Assembly: GCF_009914755.1 (NCBI RefSeq)
Contig: NC_060925.1
DNA: 64,000 nucleotides
DNA from: the human T2T-CHM13v2.0 reference genome, Homo sapiens
Reading direction: 5' to 3' (one strand)
The notes beneath the pieces were generated by a model. It was not told the DNA's origin. It worked only from the letters and a program-made list of their open reading frames with translations, and ran no database searches. Shown piece by piece: positions 27,406 to 40,290 of this stretch. Position numbers and translations under genes: made by a program. Positions within the stretch are counted from its first letter, which is position 1. The number at the start of each line of letters is the position of its first letter.

Positions 27406-28575
27406 AAATTGTTTTAAAAAAAATTTCCTGCTCTGATTTTCACAGAAAGATATTTTTCAAAATATATAAATGAGCAAGCACACTCAACACTGAATGATAT
27501 TAGTGAAAGGGAAAGTTGAGTGAATCAAGCCAGCTTACTATTAATAGTAATGAGCTCTTGGTGCCAAACAGGCTAACACAGCTTTGGTTGCCTCAAGGCC
27601 AGGAGACTGGGCTCATTTTCACCATTCCTGTGATGCAGGGACATGTTGGAGAATCCTGTGGGCTGATGCAGCAATTTGCAGCCAGCAAGCTCTCTTGCTT
27701 CCAATGGTGCTTGGATTTTAAGAAGCTGGTAGGAAAACAGAGTGACAAATACATGACAGAATTTAGTTTCCTTATGTTTAGAATCATTACGAGGTGCCTT
27801 CCAACCTCAAGGATTTTTGTGCCTTCAAAATTTATTGAAGTTTTTTATTTTTTTGACCAGGAGCCATGAATTTTACAAGAAGAAGTCAAGTATAAAATAT
27901 TTATAACATTTTCCATCTTTTTACTCTGAAAATGTGAGTCATATCCCTGAAGTGAAAAAATTCACACCTCTTTCTGCCACCTATTAACAATGGAGGGGCA
28001 CTGCTCCACATCCCACAGAAACTAAGGTTGTCTTCACATTAGGGACAGTAAACCATGTGGATATGGCAGCATGATTGCATAGTAAAATACAAGGGCTTTC
28101 AAAAATATAATTGTAGGATGACTGGAAATTTTACCAAAAATATAGAAAGCTATTATTCAGATTATTACAGTAACACAGGAAAGAAAACCACCACTGAATA
28201 AGTAATCAAAGAACTAGTGTTCTGGTAGGAGTTCTAGTCTTAACCAGTTACATGATCATGGACACGTAGACTCTGACTTTTACCTGCCTCATCTGGAAAA
28301 TAGGGTATGAATAGGACCTGCTGTGTCTGCTTCACAGAGCTTTTATAAATAGTAAATTGTTATGTGCACAAAATTATTCCTTTGAAATAATGAAATAAGA
28401 TATTTTCAGAAAAGTTAGATGATGAGATGTCGCTACTAGAAAATCATAAATATGAAAGTGGTAGAACTATTATTACAAAAGCACAGGACTGTAAATGAGT
28501 TAATAATGAGTTTTTTGGCAAATAGAATTTCTTTGAGCACTAAAAATCTAGAAAAATGAGGAAGAAGAAAGCTAG

Positions 28576-29130
28576 TGTATTAGGGTTCTCTAGAGGATCA
28601 GGACCAATAGGAGATATTAATTTATTAAGTATGTGGTATTAATTAATTTATTATGACAAACAGGAGATATTAATTTATTAATTTATTATGAGACATTAAT
28701 TAATTGATAATTGATTAATGATTGGCTCACACAATTATGGAGGCTGAGCAGTCCTACGATCTGCCATCTCAAGCTGGAAATGCTGTAAAGTTGGGGTGTA
28801 TTTTGGTCTTAGTCTGAAGGCCTGAGAACCAGGGGAGCTGATAACGTAAATCCCAATCTGAGGGCAGGACAAAATGCAAGGAGCTGTCTCAGCTCAGTGA
28901 GGTGAGAATAAATGGGGGTGAATTCTTCCTTCTTCCACCTCTGTTCTGTTTGGGCTCTCAACAAATTGGGTGATGCCCAACTGCATCCAGGAGGGCAATC
29001 TACTTTACTGAGACCACTGATTCAAATGGTAATGTCGTTTAGAAATACCCTCACAGGCACACCTAAAAACAATGTTTAATCTGGACAACACATGGCCTAC
29101 CGAAATTGATGTGTAAAATTAATCATCACA
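28576..29130 (-). mobile_element. ERVL solo LTR (MLT2-type)
   Basis: TGTATTAGGGTTCTCTAGAG..ATTGGCTCACACAATTATGGAGGCTGAG..TAAAATTAATCATCACA; flanked by GCTAG / GCTAA (5-bp TSD-like). Confidence 0.82.
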
Positions 29131-30687
29131 GCTAATGGTAAACTTCTAACTTTTCCTTGATATCAGCCATGCCCTGCCACAAGCCTCCCTTAGGAGGCAA
29201 AAGTGCACTAATTCAAAGTAATGTCCATGTTTCTGCTTCTTTACCACACAACATAGATCAGAAATTCCTAGAAAGTCACTGGGTTTATGTTTCCGTTCTC
29301 AAATTTCTTTTTGGTTCTTTTTAAAATCTTCTCAGCCATTTTTTATACTCCCAGTTCCATATAGTCATATTTCAATTTGACTTTCTTTTCCTTGAACATC
29401 GTAAGTATAGTATAGCTGATTAATGGATGGGTTTATTTCTGTGCCTGTTGATTAATTATGCTAGTTTGTAGTCTTGGTGACATGACTCGTTATATTCCCA
29501 GTTATCTTTGATTTTGTGTTGAACATTATGGTGAAAAATAGAAGTAATCCTTTAGAGATAACTTATTTGCTTCCGTCAGGCCCCTGGGGACACTAGCAGT
29601 TTGGGACAAATGTAATCCCAGTTCCAGATTGGTTTTCTGGGCAGCTTGTATTACATTAAAATGGGTTACCAGTACATGGAAAGGATGTTCATGCTTAGTC
29701 CTATGTCACAGTCTATGGAGATTTTACTTTGAAACAGGAGTGTGGTTTACCAGTGACCTTATCCTTAGAACGCCGAGGAATCTCTCAAGGCTGTGCAGTC
29801 TCTCCATTCTCTCCTCTTCCGGATCAGCAAATGCCCCTATGGCAAAACTGAGCTCACCTCTCTGGGTTTTTGTGCTCTTTTTCACCTTTGCTCTCTGTCT
29901 TGGTAGTTAATGCTTTCCTATCTAGTTAGTTCTTTCCTACTTTTAGGAAAATGTTTATTTTTAAAAAACTTTGTCCAGTTTATAGTTACTTTTAGTGGGC
30001 AATGGTCACCCAGATTACTTAATCTGCTGTTATCATGAGTGGAATTCCCTCATTACTTCTTTCACAGTCAGTCAGTAGTGCCTCCAGACAATCCCAAAAA
30101 GTTGGATAATCATCCTATTTTATAGGAGTTCCACAGATGCTAAAGTCATCCCCCAAACTTGACATTCAACACTGCCCTATGTGAAATTCTAATGTTGGAG
30201 TCTGGATTTGTGCCAGGGAACCCTTGAGAAAATCCTGTGTTATTGGCCAGACTGTTGGTTCTTCACCATATGACAGTTATTTTCTACATCTAGAATGTGG
30301 ATCTTCACTGCTCAGTAACATGAGATAAATAAAGGAAGGACTCCTCCCCATTGAAGGCTGTGTGCTCAGAGTAAGAAAACCTCATTTTACCCACGATATC
30401 ATTTTACTTAGTGTATAATATTAAGTAAAATAATATATTTAATTTATATATAATTATATACCAATGTAATATATTATTATTAACATGAGTGTAGAAATAA
30501 TAAAAATATTGAAAACTTTACTTTTCAATTTTCAGTTATTTTTATATATTGTCATTTAATTCTCAGAAAAATCATATGAAGTTGGTTTTCTGATTGCCTT
30601 TTTATATATGAAGAAACAAAAACAGAAAATATAAGAGACTTTATTGTAAATGCCTTTCTGACTTATGTCTGTCTCTTTTAGTTATGA

Positions 30688-31059
<372 letters not shown>

Positions 31060-31589
31060 TAGGGATAAAATATATAAAATAGTATTTGTTAGCATATCCA
31101 TATTTTCAAGTGTATTGGATCTATTAGCCTTAAGGTTCACATTTGAAAACCATCTGTGCAAAGACATCTTAGATCTTCATGAACATGACATATCATCTAG
31201 GGCAGTAATTCTAAACCAAATAAATATGACTTCCCCAAAGCGCCAAGGATGTGTGAGAAAAACTTTTCAAATGTACATGCTACTTCATGTGTTCTAATGA
31301 GCTCCTCTAGAAAGGTGAAGGTGCACCTGTTTTTCACAGTCCACTCAGTCACTGTTACTCCAGAAGAATGTAGATTTCCTCATAAGTATTGAGGTAGGAA
31401 AAGGCTGATGTTCACACTTTTTTTGTGTGATGCTATAGATATTTAGTTACCATTGGACTAGAATCTATATTACACTTAAAATTTAGGTGCTAGATATTTG
31501 GGCAGTTGTTTCATTTCAATGTTTTAAGGATATTATAGTCACTATAAACTCATGATGAATATATCATTAAGTAAATATTTTACCATTTT

Positions 31590-31712
31590 CTTTTTTAAAG
31601 ACAGGGTCTGCTATATTGCCTAGGCTGGCCTCGAACTCCTGGGCTCAAGCGATCCTTCTGTCTGAGCCTCTCAGGTAGCTGTAACTACAGGTGTACACCA
31701 TGGCACCCAGTT
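31590..31712 (-). mobile_element. Alu monomer (FLAM-like)
   Basis: AGACAGGGTCT..CTAGGCTGGCCTCGAACTCCTGGGCTCAAGCGATCC. Confidence 0.75.
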
Positions 31713-31833
31713 AAATTAGAACTTTAGAACCAAGCTATTAACATTAATATTTTCTTGTACTGGTTTTCACTGCTAGAGCAATCCCTGCAATCTTTTTCCT
31801 TTTTTGTTTGACACTTCACTTTTTAAAATTCTG

Positions 31834-33098
31834 TTTTTAATTGACACATAGTAATTATATATATTTATGGGGTACAGTATGATGTTCCATTGTATTATAC
31901 ATTGTGTAATAATTAAATCAAGATTTGTAGCATATTCATCATCTCATACATTTATCACATCTTTGTGGTGAGCACATTAAAAATCTTCTCTTCTATTTTG
32001 AAATATGCAGCATGTTACTATTAACCATAGTCATCCTGCTGTGCTATAGAACACCAGTACTTATTTCTCCTACCTAACTTTTTACCCGTTTACCATTCTC
32101 TCCCCCATTTTCTCCTTCCTCCTATCTTCCCTAGCCTCTGGTAACCACTATCTTACTCTCTACTTCTATGGCATCAACTTCTTTAGATTCCACATATGGG
32201 TAGATGTTGTGCTATTTGTTTTTCTGTGCAAATATATAAATTTTTTTTTTTTTTTTGGGGGACAGAGTCTCCCTCTTTTGCCCAGACTGGAGGGCAGTGG
32301 CATGATCTCAGCTCACTGTAACCTCCGCCTCCCGGGTTCAAGCCATTATCCTGTCTCAGCCTCCTGAGAAGCTGGGATTACAGGTGCCTGCCACCACGCC
32401 TGGCTAATTTTTTATATTTTTAGTAGAGATGGGGTTTCACCATATTGGCCGGGCTGGTCTTGAACTCCTGACCTCAGGTGATCCACCTTCCTCGGCCTCC
32501 CTCCCAAAGTGCTGGGATTATAGGCATGAGCCACCACTCCTGACCGCAAATATGTAACTATTTAGCATAATGTCCTCCAGGTTCATCCCTGTTGGAACAA
32601 ATGACAGGATTTCCTTCTTTCTTATGGTTGAATAGTATTCCATTGTGTATATGTACCACTTTTATTTATCCATTCATCCATTGATGGGCACTTAGGTTGA
32701 TTCCACATCTTGATTATTGTGAATGATGTTGCAATAAACATGGGAGTGTTTCCTTTAGATATATGCCCAATAGTAGGATTGCTGGACCATATGGTAGTAC
32801 CATTTTTAATTTTTTTGAAAAACCTCCATACTGTTTTACACAATGGCTATACAAATTTAGTTTTCCACCAACAGTGTATAAATGTTTCTCTTTCTCTACA
32901 TCTATGCCAGCATTTGTCATTTTTGTGGTTTTTTTAATGGCAATTCTAGTTGGGATGAGGTAATATCTCATCGTGGTTTTGATTTGCATTTCCCTGAGGA
33001 TAAGTGATGTTGAGCATTTTTTCATATACTTGTTGGCCATTTGAGTGTCTTCTTTTGAGAAATGTCTATTTAAGTCTTTTACTTGTTTTAAAAATCAG

Positions 33099-33134
<36 letters not shown>

Positions 33135-33180
33135 TTGTTATTGAGTTGAGTTCCTTATATATTCTGGATACCAGTCCCTA
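31834..33180 (-). mobile_element. L1MA-like 3' portion, interrupted by an Alu; (TTA)n at about 33100-33133
   Basis: ORF2 remnant [26 protein letters not shown]; reverse 3'UTR motifs. Confidence 0.85.
32241..32545 (-). mobile_element. Alu (AluSx-like) nested in L1
   Basis: Reverse Alu; TSD GCAAATAT(A/G)TAA at 32228-32239 and 32546-32557. Confidence 0.93.
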
Positions 33181-33272
33181 TACTCGTGATTAAAAGAGGA
33201 CTTAAAATCTTCTTACTGCAATAAGAATGCACTCTATATTTGCTTTTATTTTTAAAAATATATACAACTATA

Positions 33273-33545
33273 GGCCAGGTGTGGTGGCTCATGCCTGTAA
33301 TCCCAGCACTTTGGGAGGCTGAGGTGGGCAGATTGCTTGAGCCTAGGAGTTTGACACTAGCCTGGCAAACAAGGCAAAATCCCATCTCTACAAAAACAAA
33401 AACAAAAAACAAAAATTAGCTGGGTTTGGTGGTGTGTGCTTGTAATCCAAGCTACTTGGGAGGCTGAGGTCGGAAGATCATCTGATCCACTGAACTCTAG
33501 CCTGGGTGATAGAATGAGACTCTGTCTAAATAAAATAAAATAAAA
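33273..33545 (+). mobile_element. Alu (AluJ-like) with right-arm deletion
   Basis: GGCCAGGTGTGGTGGCTCATGCCTGTAATCCCAGC start; (TAAAA)n tail. Confidence 0.88.
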
Positions 33546-35349
33546 ATATATACATATATATATATATAAAATATAATATATTGCCAAACTTAATGTATAT
33601 ACTTGTGCAGGTGATAAATTTCTTGTTCAAGGGGAGAAGAATCTCAAGTCATATTTCTGATTTTGATTTTCTTTTAGTGATGTCTTCTAGAGCTAACAAA
33701 TTATGTTCCAAATTAGGTGTTTTGAGCATTGAGATAATTTCTGCACATGGCCAACCCATGTCTGAGAATTTTTAAAAAAAGATTAGATAGTATTGTTAGA
33801 CTAAAAATAGATAATGCTGATCATTCTTTAAAAAGTGTAGGTGAATAATAGCAAAATGACTGTGCTTCACAGTTATATTAGAATGAAACTCCACACCTGA
33901 AAGCGAAACTGAAAATAAGTATCTTACCAAAAAAACCTCAGGATTTATTAATGACATCAATGCAACTATTAAAAAAAATTTCTGAGAAGGTGCCTATTGC
34001 CAGTTGTGGTGATCATAATCTCTGGGTTCAGTAATCACACATCATAGTCTTTGTCATACTAACAGTTTTAGTTTTAAAAATTAGGCAAAGTTAGGTTGAA
34101 TAGAGAAAAACAATATTTGCATTCAGAATCTACTTTATTTTCCATCAACTTTATTTTATGATTGTTTCTTTGGTTCTTGTCTTATAACAGTAGAGTTTTA
34201 AACAGATTAGGAAGATCATCAAATTGATTTGGTATAAATTGGTTCTTTTTTTCAATGCCAATCATAGTTACATATATCAATATACTTATCCAGAATGAAT
34301 TTAATACAGTAGCTGTTTTCCTACTGAATAGAAAATTGTAATTTTGAAATGAAAAATTGTCTTGGTTTTTACTATAGAAATGATTTTAAATGCAGAAAGA
34401 CACTCAAAGTAATCCAAAACCTGAAGGCAAAGCTTAATCTTTGTGACTAAGTCGGATTGAGCTTAGATTTGACATCTCAATTGAAATATGACATCTCTCT
34501 CTGCCAACTACCAGCCACCATTGTCCTGAGTCATTAGTTTCCCTTGGAGAATATTGGTTGTGAATTCAGTAATATAATTTCCTCTGGCACTATCCGTGAG
34601 ATATAACCAAACATCTCCTATCCAAGTTGAAACCTAGTGCAGTCTGGACTAGTTTGAAATTGCATGTGATAGTGGCCCCAGGAAACATGGTAAGCGGTTC
34701 TCAAAAGACTATTTGGATAATCATCGATTGAAACTGAACATCTTTCTCCAAGAATATGTGCTTACTTTATTATAGTTACTCTCTTATTAATCCTTAAAGC
34801 TCTTATAAAGAGATGGGCACAGACACAGAACAGCAAGGCTGAATTCTAGTAAAAGTTCACCATTTACTATCTATGAGTAACTGGGAAATTACTGAGCCTC
34901 TCAGAGTCTCATTTTACTCATTTATAAATATAATCACACCTATTCTTTAGGGTTGTTTGGAATATTAAATGACAGTTGGTGTCTAGTAGAATGTATGACA
35001 TATGGTTCACATTCAATGAGTCCTTATAATAAAAACAATCTTTTTGTACATGTTATTAATAACATTTAGTATATGAATATATTTGCAGCAACTTCAAAAA
35101 TCAAATATTAAATAATGGATAAAAAATATTGCTCATAGTTTTTATGATACAAGGAAGGTTCCTAGGTATTTGAAAACCCATGTAATATTAGAAGTTCTTA
35201 GATATGCAAAAAAGCATAGATGATTTTGGGAGGGGAGCATCATTATGTATAATAATTATTATTGAGATGGTTCCTTTTGTGGAGAAAGCTAATTTTTAAG
35301 TTAGATTTTCAAGAGCATTTTCTCGTTGTATTTCAGGCCCAGTTATCAT

Positions 35350-37710
35350 CTGTGTAGATTCATTTTCTGCATGTGGATGTCCAGTTGTTCCAGCATCATT
35401 TGTTGAAAAGACTATCTTTGCTTCATTTTATTGTCTTTTCTCCTTTGTCAAAGATCAGTTGACTTTATTTATGTGCGTCTGTTTTCTGTTCCATTGATCT
35501 GGTTTGTTTGTTTATTTTTTTGTTTGTATTTTTTTTATTGCCAGTATCACACTGTCTTGATTACTGTAGCTTTATAGTAAGTCTTGAAGTTGCATAGGGT
35601 CAGTCCTCTAATTTTTTTCTTCTCCTTCAAATTTGTGTTTACTATTCTGGGTCTTTTGCCTCTTCATATGAATTTTAGAATCAGTTACTTGTTTTCACAG
35701 AATATTTTGTGATTTTTATTGGGACTTTGTTGAATCTATAGATCACATTGGAAAGAAATGACATCTTTACATTATTGAGTCTTCCCATCCATGAATATGG
35801 AATATCTCTCCATTTATTTAGTTCTTCCTTGATTTATTTCATATGAATTTTGTATTCTTCCTCATATAGATCTTCTACATACATTGTTAGATTTATAACT
35901 ATTTCATTTTGGGGAGTGCTAATATAAGTAGTATTGTGTTTTTAATTTCAAAGTCTACGTGTTCATTTCTGGTATATAGAAAAGCAATTGACTTTTGTGT
36001 ATTAATCTTATCTCCTGCAAACTTGTTATAGTCACATAATTAGTTCCAGGAGTTTTTTTTTAATTGATTATATTGGGTTTTCTACATAGACGTTCATGTT
36101 ATCTGTAAACAAAGTTTTATTTCTTCATTCTCAATCTATATGCCTTTTATTTCCTTTTCTTATCTTATTGCATCAAATAGGACTTCCAGTACAATGTTGA
36201 AAAGGGTGATGACAGGGAACCTCCTTGCCTTGCTCCTGATCTTTTCGGGGAAGCTTCCATTTTGTCATCATTAAATATGACATTAATTATAGGTTTTTTG
36301 TAGATGTCCTTTATCAAGTTGATAAAGCTCCCTTCTATTTCTAGCTCACTGAAATTTTTTATTATTATGGATGGATGTTAAATTTTGTCAAATGCTTTTT
36401 ATTCATCTGTTGATATGATCATGTAATTTTTCTTGTTTAGCTTGTTGATATATGGATTAAATTAATAGACTGTTGAATGCTGAACCAGCCTTGTGTATCT
36501 GACATAAACCCCGCTTGGTCATGGTGTATAATTCTTTTTTTTTTTTTTTGAGACAGAGTCCTGCTGGAGTCCCAGGCTGGAGTGCAATGGCGCTATCTTG
36601 CTTGCTGCAACCACTGCTGCCAGGGTTCAAGCAATTCTCTTGCTTCAGCCTCCCAAGTAGCTGGGATTACAGGCACACACCACCATGCCCGGCTAATTTT
36701 TTTTGTATTTTTAGTAGAGATGGGGTTTCACCATGTTAGCCAGCCTGGTCTCAAACTCCTGACCTCAGGTGATCCGCCCGCTTCCGCCTCCCAAAGTGCT
36801 GGGATTACAGGCGTGAGCCATTGGGCCCCGCCCGGTGTCTAATTCTTTTTCTATGTTGTTGGACTTGATTTGCTAATATTTTGATGAGAACTTTGGCAAG
36901 TATGTTCATGAGAAATATTGGCTTGTAGTTTTCTTTTCTTGTAATGACTTTGTCTGGTTTTGGAATTAGGGTAATGGTGGCCTCCAAGAAAGATTTAAGA
37001 AGCATTCCCTCTGCTTTTATCTTCTGGAAAGATTGTAGATAATCGATACAAGAATTGATATAGTTTCCTCTTAAACGTGTGGTAGAATTTAACAGTGAAA
37101 CCATGTGAACATGGTGCTTTCTGTTTTGTAAGGTTATTAATTGTTGATTCAATTTCTTTAATAGATATGCACCTATTTAGATTGTCTATTTCTTCTTATA
37201 TAAATTTTGGTAGATTCTATCTTTTAAGAAATCGATCCATTTCATCTAGGTTATCAAATTCGTGAGCATAGAGTTGTTTGTAGTATTTCTTCTGTTATCC
37301 TTTCAATGTCCACGCGATCTGTAATAATGTCCCTTATCATTTCTGATATTAGTAGTTTTGTTCTCTCTCTCTCATCCTTTTTTTTTTTTTTCTTAGCATG
37401 GCTAATGGCTCATTGATCTTATTGATTTTTTCAAAGAACCAAAGTTTGGTTGCATTGATTTTTTCTATTTCCTGTTTCCAATTTTATTGATTTCTGTTCT
37501 AATTTTTATTAGTTTTTGTTTACCTTGGATTTAATTTGCTCTTTTTTTTCCAGTACCCTAAGGTGGTAACTTAGATTATTGATTTTAGTTATTTCTTCTT
37601 TTTTAATATATGCATTCAGTGCTATAAATTTCCCATTCAGTACTGCTTTCAAGGCTTCATTCAAATTTTGACAAGGTGTACTGTCAATTTCATTTAGTTT
37701 CAAATATTCT
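35350..37710 (-). mobile_element. Old L1M ORF2 (RT region) fragment, interrupted by an Alu
   Basis: Reverse translation gives FLEATITLIPKPDK..ENYKPIFLMNILAKVLIKILANQVQQH and KAVLNGKFIALNAYIKK. Confidence 0.88.
36535..36833 (-). mobile_element. Alu (AluSx-like) nested in L1
   Basis: Reverse Alu; TSD GGTGT(A/C)TAATTCTTTTT on both sides. Confidence 0.92.
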
Positions 37711-38889
37711 TATGATTGATCATTTATGTATAATAAAACTTTGGCTACTCAACTCTTGGATGTTGAAGGTATTTCTTTTTTTAAATAAAGTTGAATAAGC
37801 ATTATTTTGAAAGATTTTTATGCTTCCCTGCCTTTTTAAACAAGGTATGCTCATTATTCATGTCTTCACCTCTTTGATGCTGTACTATAAATTGAAATAT
37901 TAATTACATTATTGATGGAGTGATTTCTACAGAAGCTATTGAGTGCTGTCTAATTTTTGTCCATATATTCTACTACTGCTGGTCCTTATCAATCTGTCTA
38001 CACTTTTGACAATTTTTTTTGCCTCCTTGCATTTAGACTGTCACTGCTCACTTTTCAGTATTGTCAGTATCTGAGCCTCTTTTTAATCAATTATGAACTT
38101 TTCAACCAGTTAAGCAAGCCTACTAAAATTAAGGGAAGTGAACTCTCCTAAGATTAAAACAAGAAATGTTTGAGTTTTAGATAAAGACCTTGTAATCTTC
38201 TCAGTTGCTCCAAGAACTATGTGAGTTCCTGCTTCCTCATTCTGCTTTAGTGAGTAGAATTGTTTGATAACTGTTTCCCATTTAGGTGAAGTGTCTAATG
38301 AAGTCCTCTACCTGTTAATGTTTTATTATGTTTATGCAAGGTGTTAGGCTAATAGCAAATTTTAATATTCTTGCATATGATTTCTAACAAATGCATTACA
38401 ATTAGTGCAATTTGTTTGCTGCTTATTGCCTTGGTTCCATAGGGTTTTGAAAGCTGTACTGGAAATGTCATGCAGAAAAGACTTTTGATTGACTGCTTCA
38501 GTGAACAGCAACAACAACAAACGAATCTAGAATGTCTTGCTCTGAGTTCACCTTTATAAGCCAGGGCTTCCTAGTCAACAAGTACAAAGCCTGATTGTGC
38601 TCCTAGAATACCTGCAGTCCTGATTTACATTTTTTACCAAGTGCTTGGTAAACTGGACTGCAAAGAAGTGCTCATAGTCAAGCTGTAGTGACATTTTAAG
38701 GCACAATCTAAACTCAATGATTCTGTGATGAGAGAGAAGAGAGTCAAAAAAGAAGCAGCCTTACATCAAAGAATGTTTCTGGTATGCATGCTACTTGTTT
38801 TTAAGTAGAATATTTTAAATTAATCTCAAGGAAAAAATGAGGTTCTATGTTGGAAGCTTATTTTAAATTTACTGTCATTTTATTTCCAG

Positions 38890-38971
38890 GTGGAGCACCA
38901 GTATTCCCACAAGTTTACGGTAGTGGTGTTACGTGCCACCAAAGTGACAAAGGGGGCCTTTGGTGACATGC
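38890..38971 (+). CDS. PLA2G4A: cPLA2-alpha coding exon 2 (82 nt), [27 protein letters not shown](L); start of C2 domain and CBR1
   Basis: Acceptor ttttatttccag|GTGGAGCAC, donor GACATGC|gtaagt. In frame with the previous exon; ends in phase 1. Confidence 0.97.
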
Positions 38972-39394
38972 GTAAGTGCCCTTTTTTTCTTTGCTGTTAA
39001 ACATGTAATTATGGTTCAGCCTTTAATTGCTTGAGTTCCTTGACAAATCGGAGGTTCTGCCTTCTTCAAATGTGGTTATGTTTGTCTAGATCTTTGAATG
39101 ATAACATTTCAAACAGTTCTCTGATGCTATCTGTCAGATTAGCATTTTACCTGGGCCTTAAATTAGCCAAAGTGACAAAGGGGGCCTTTGGTGACATGCG
39201 TAAGTGCCCTTATTTTCTTTGCTGTTAAACGTATAATTATGGTTCAGCCTTTAATTACTTGAGTTCCTTGACAAATCAGAGGTTCTGCCTTCTTCAAATG
39301 TGGTTATGTTTGTCTGGATCTTTGAACGATAACATTTCGAACAGTTCTCTGATGCTATCTGTCAGAACAGCATTTTACCTGGGCCTTAAATTAG
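38939..39394 (+). repeat. Direct tandem duplication, 2 x 228 bp, including the exon 3' end and its 5' splice site
   Basis: Copy 1 is 38939-39166 and copy 2 is 39167-39394. About 10 substitutions, no indels. GACATGCGTAAGT occurs twice, with donor GT at 38972 and 39200. Confidence 0.97.
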
Positions 39395-39879
39395 CCGAGA
39401 TCACTTGGAGTCAGACAAAATGATTTTCTTGTGACGTACACATCTTGGGAATTCAAAGAAATTTTGTTCAATTTTGCTTCTAAAAGAATACTGAGTAAAG
39501 ACTTTAAACAAGCTGCCTCTGTGAGGTATTATGCACTTAGAATTGTTAAAATGTAGTTTTTCTCTAGTTCTTATGCCTTTGAGTGTGTTTATTTTGTATG
39601 GAATAGCCATAGAAACTGGTATAGGACAGCCTGAAATGATGCGATCCACAGCCTGAGGATAATGCTGAATTAACTTGTTGACAGTATCTTTCTCCATGTT
39701 TTTAAAAAAGGCAATTTTCCTTGTAGAATCTTATTATTTAAATCATTGGAATTCGTGCAAGTGGGAATACAAATAACAATGGATACAACAAAGTATTATG
39801 ATGATGAATTTGATAACATCTTAGATTTAATAATGTCTTAGATTTAACATCTTAGATTGTTAATATGGGAATGGATAAT

Positions 39880-40290
39880 TTAACTCTCAAAACAGGTTTT
39901 GGGAAAGAGAACAGAGATTGCAATGTATCGTCCAGGAAACAGGTAGGGTTCCCAGCCCAAATGACATTTAAACTGGTACCTAAAGGAGAAGTATCTTGGT
40001 CATGAGAGCAAGAAGTCCTAGGCAGAGAAAACAGCGTGTTCCAAAGCAAAAAGACCAGAATGCTTGTGAGGAGCTAGAACCGACCCAATATTACTAGAGA
40101 ATAGATAACGGAGGTGGGGGCTGGAAGGGCAGATGAGACTAGGATGATAAGCCCTGGTAAGACAAAGACTTAGGACTGAGATTTTTTCATTAATGCAATG
40201 GAAAGAATTTGATGGCATTTAAGTAGTAAGTCACACAACTGAATTTTCATTTTTCAAAATGTTGTGACTGTAGTATGTTAAATATATTGG
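39880..40290 (-). mobile_element. L2 fragment
   Basis: Degenerate L2 motifs (GGCAGAGAAAACAGCGTGTTCCAAAG; ATGCAATGGAAAG..TTTAAGTAG). Confidence 0.5.

Noticed and set aside
39167-39394. Tandem copy as an assembly artefact or processed pseudogene
   Set aside because: The copies differ at about 10 positions and include intron sequence, with no poly(A) or TSD; this fits a real local DNA duplication.
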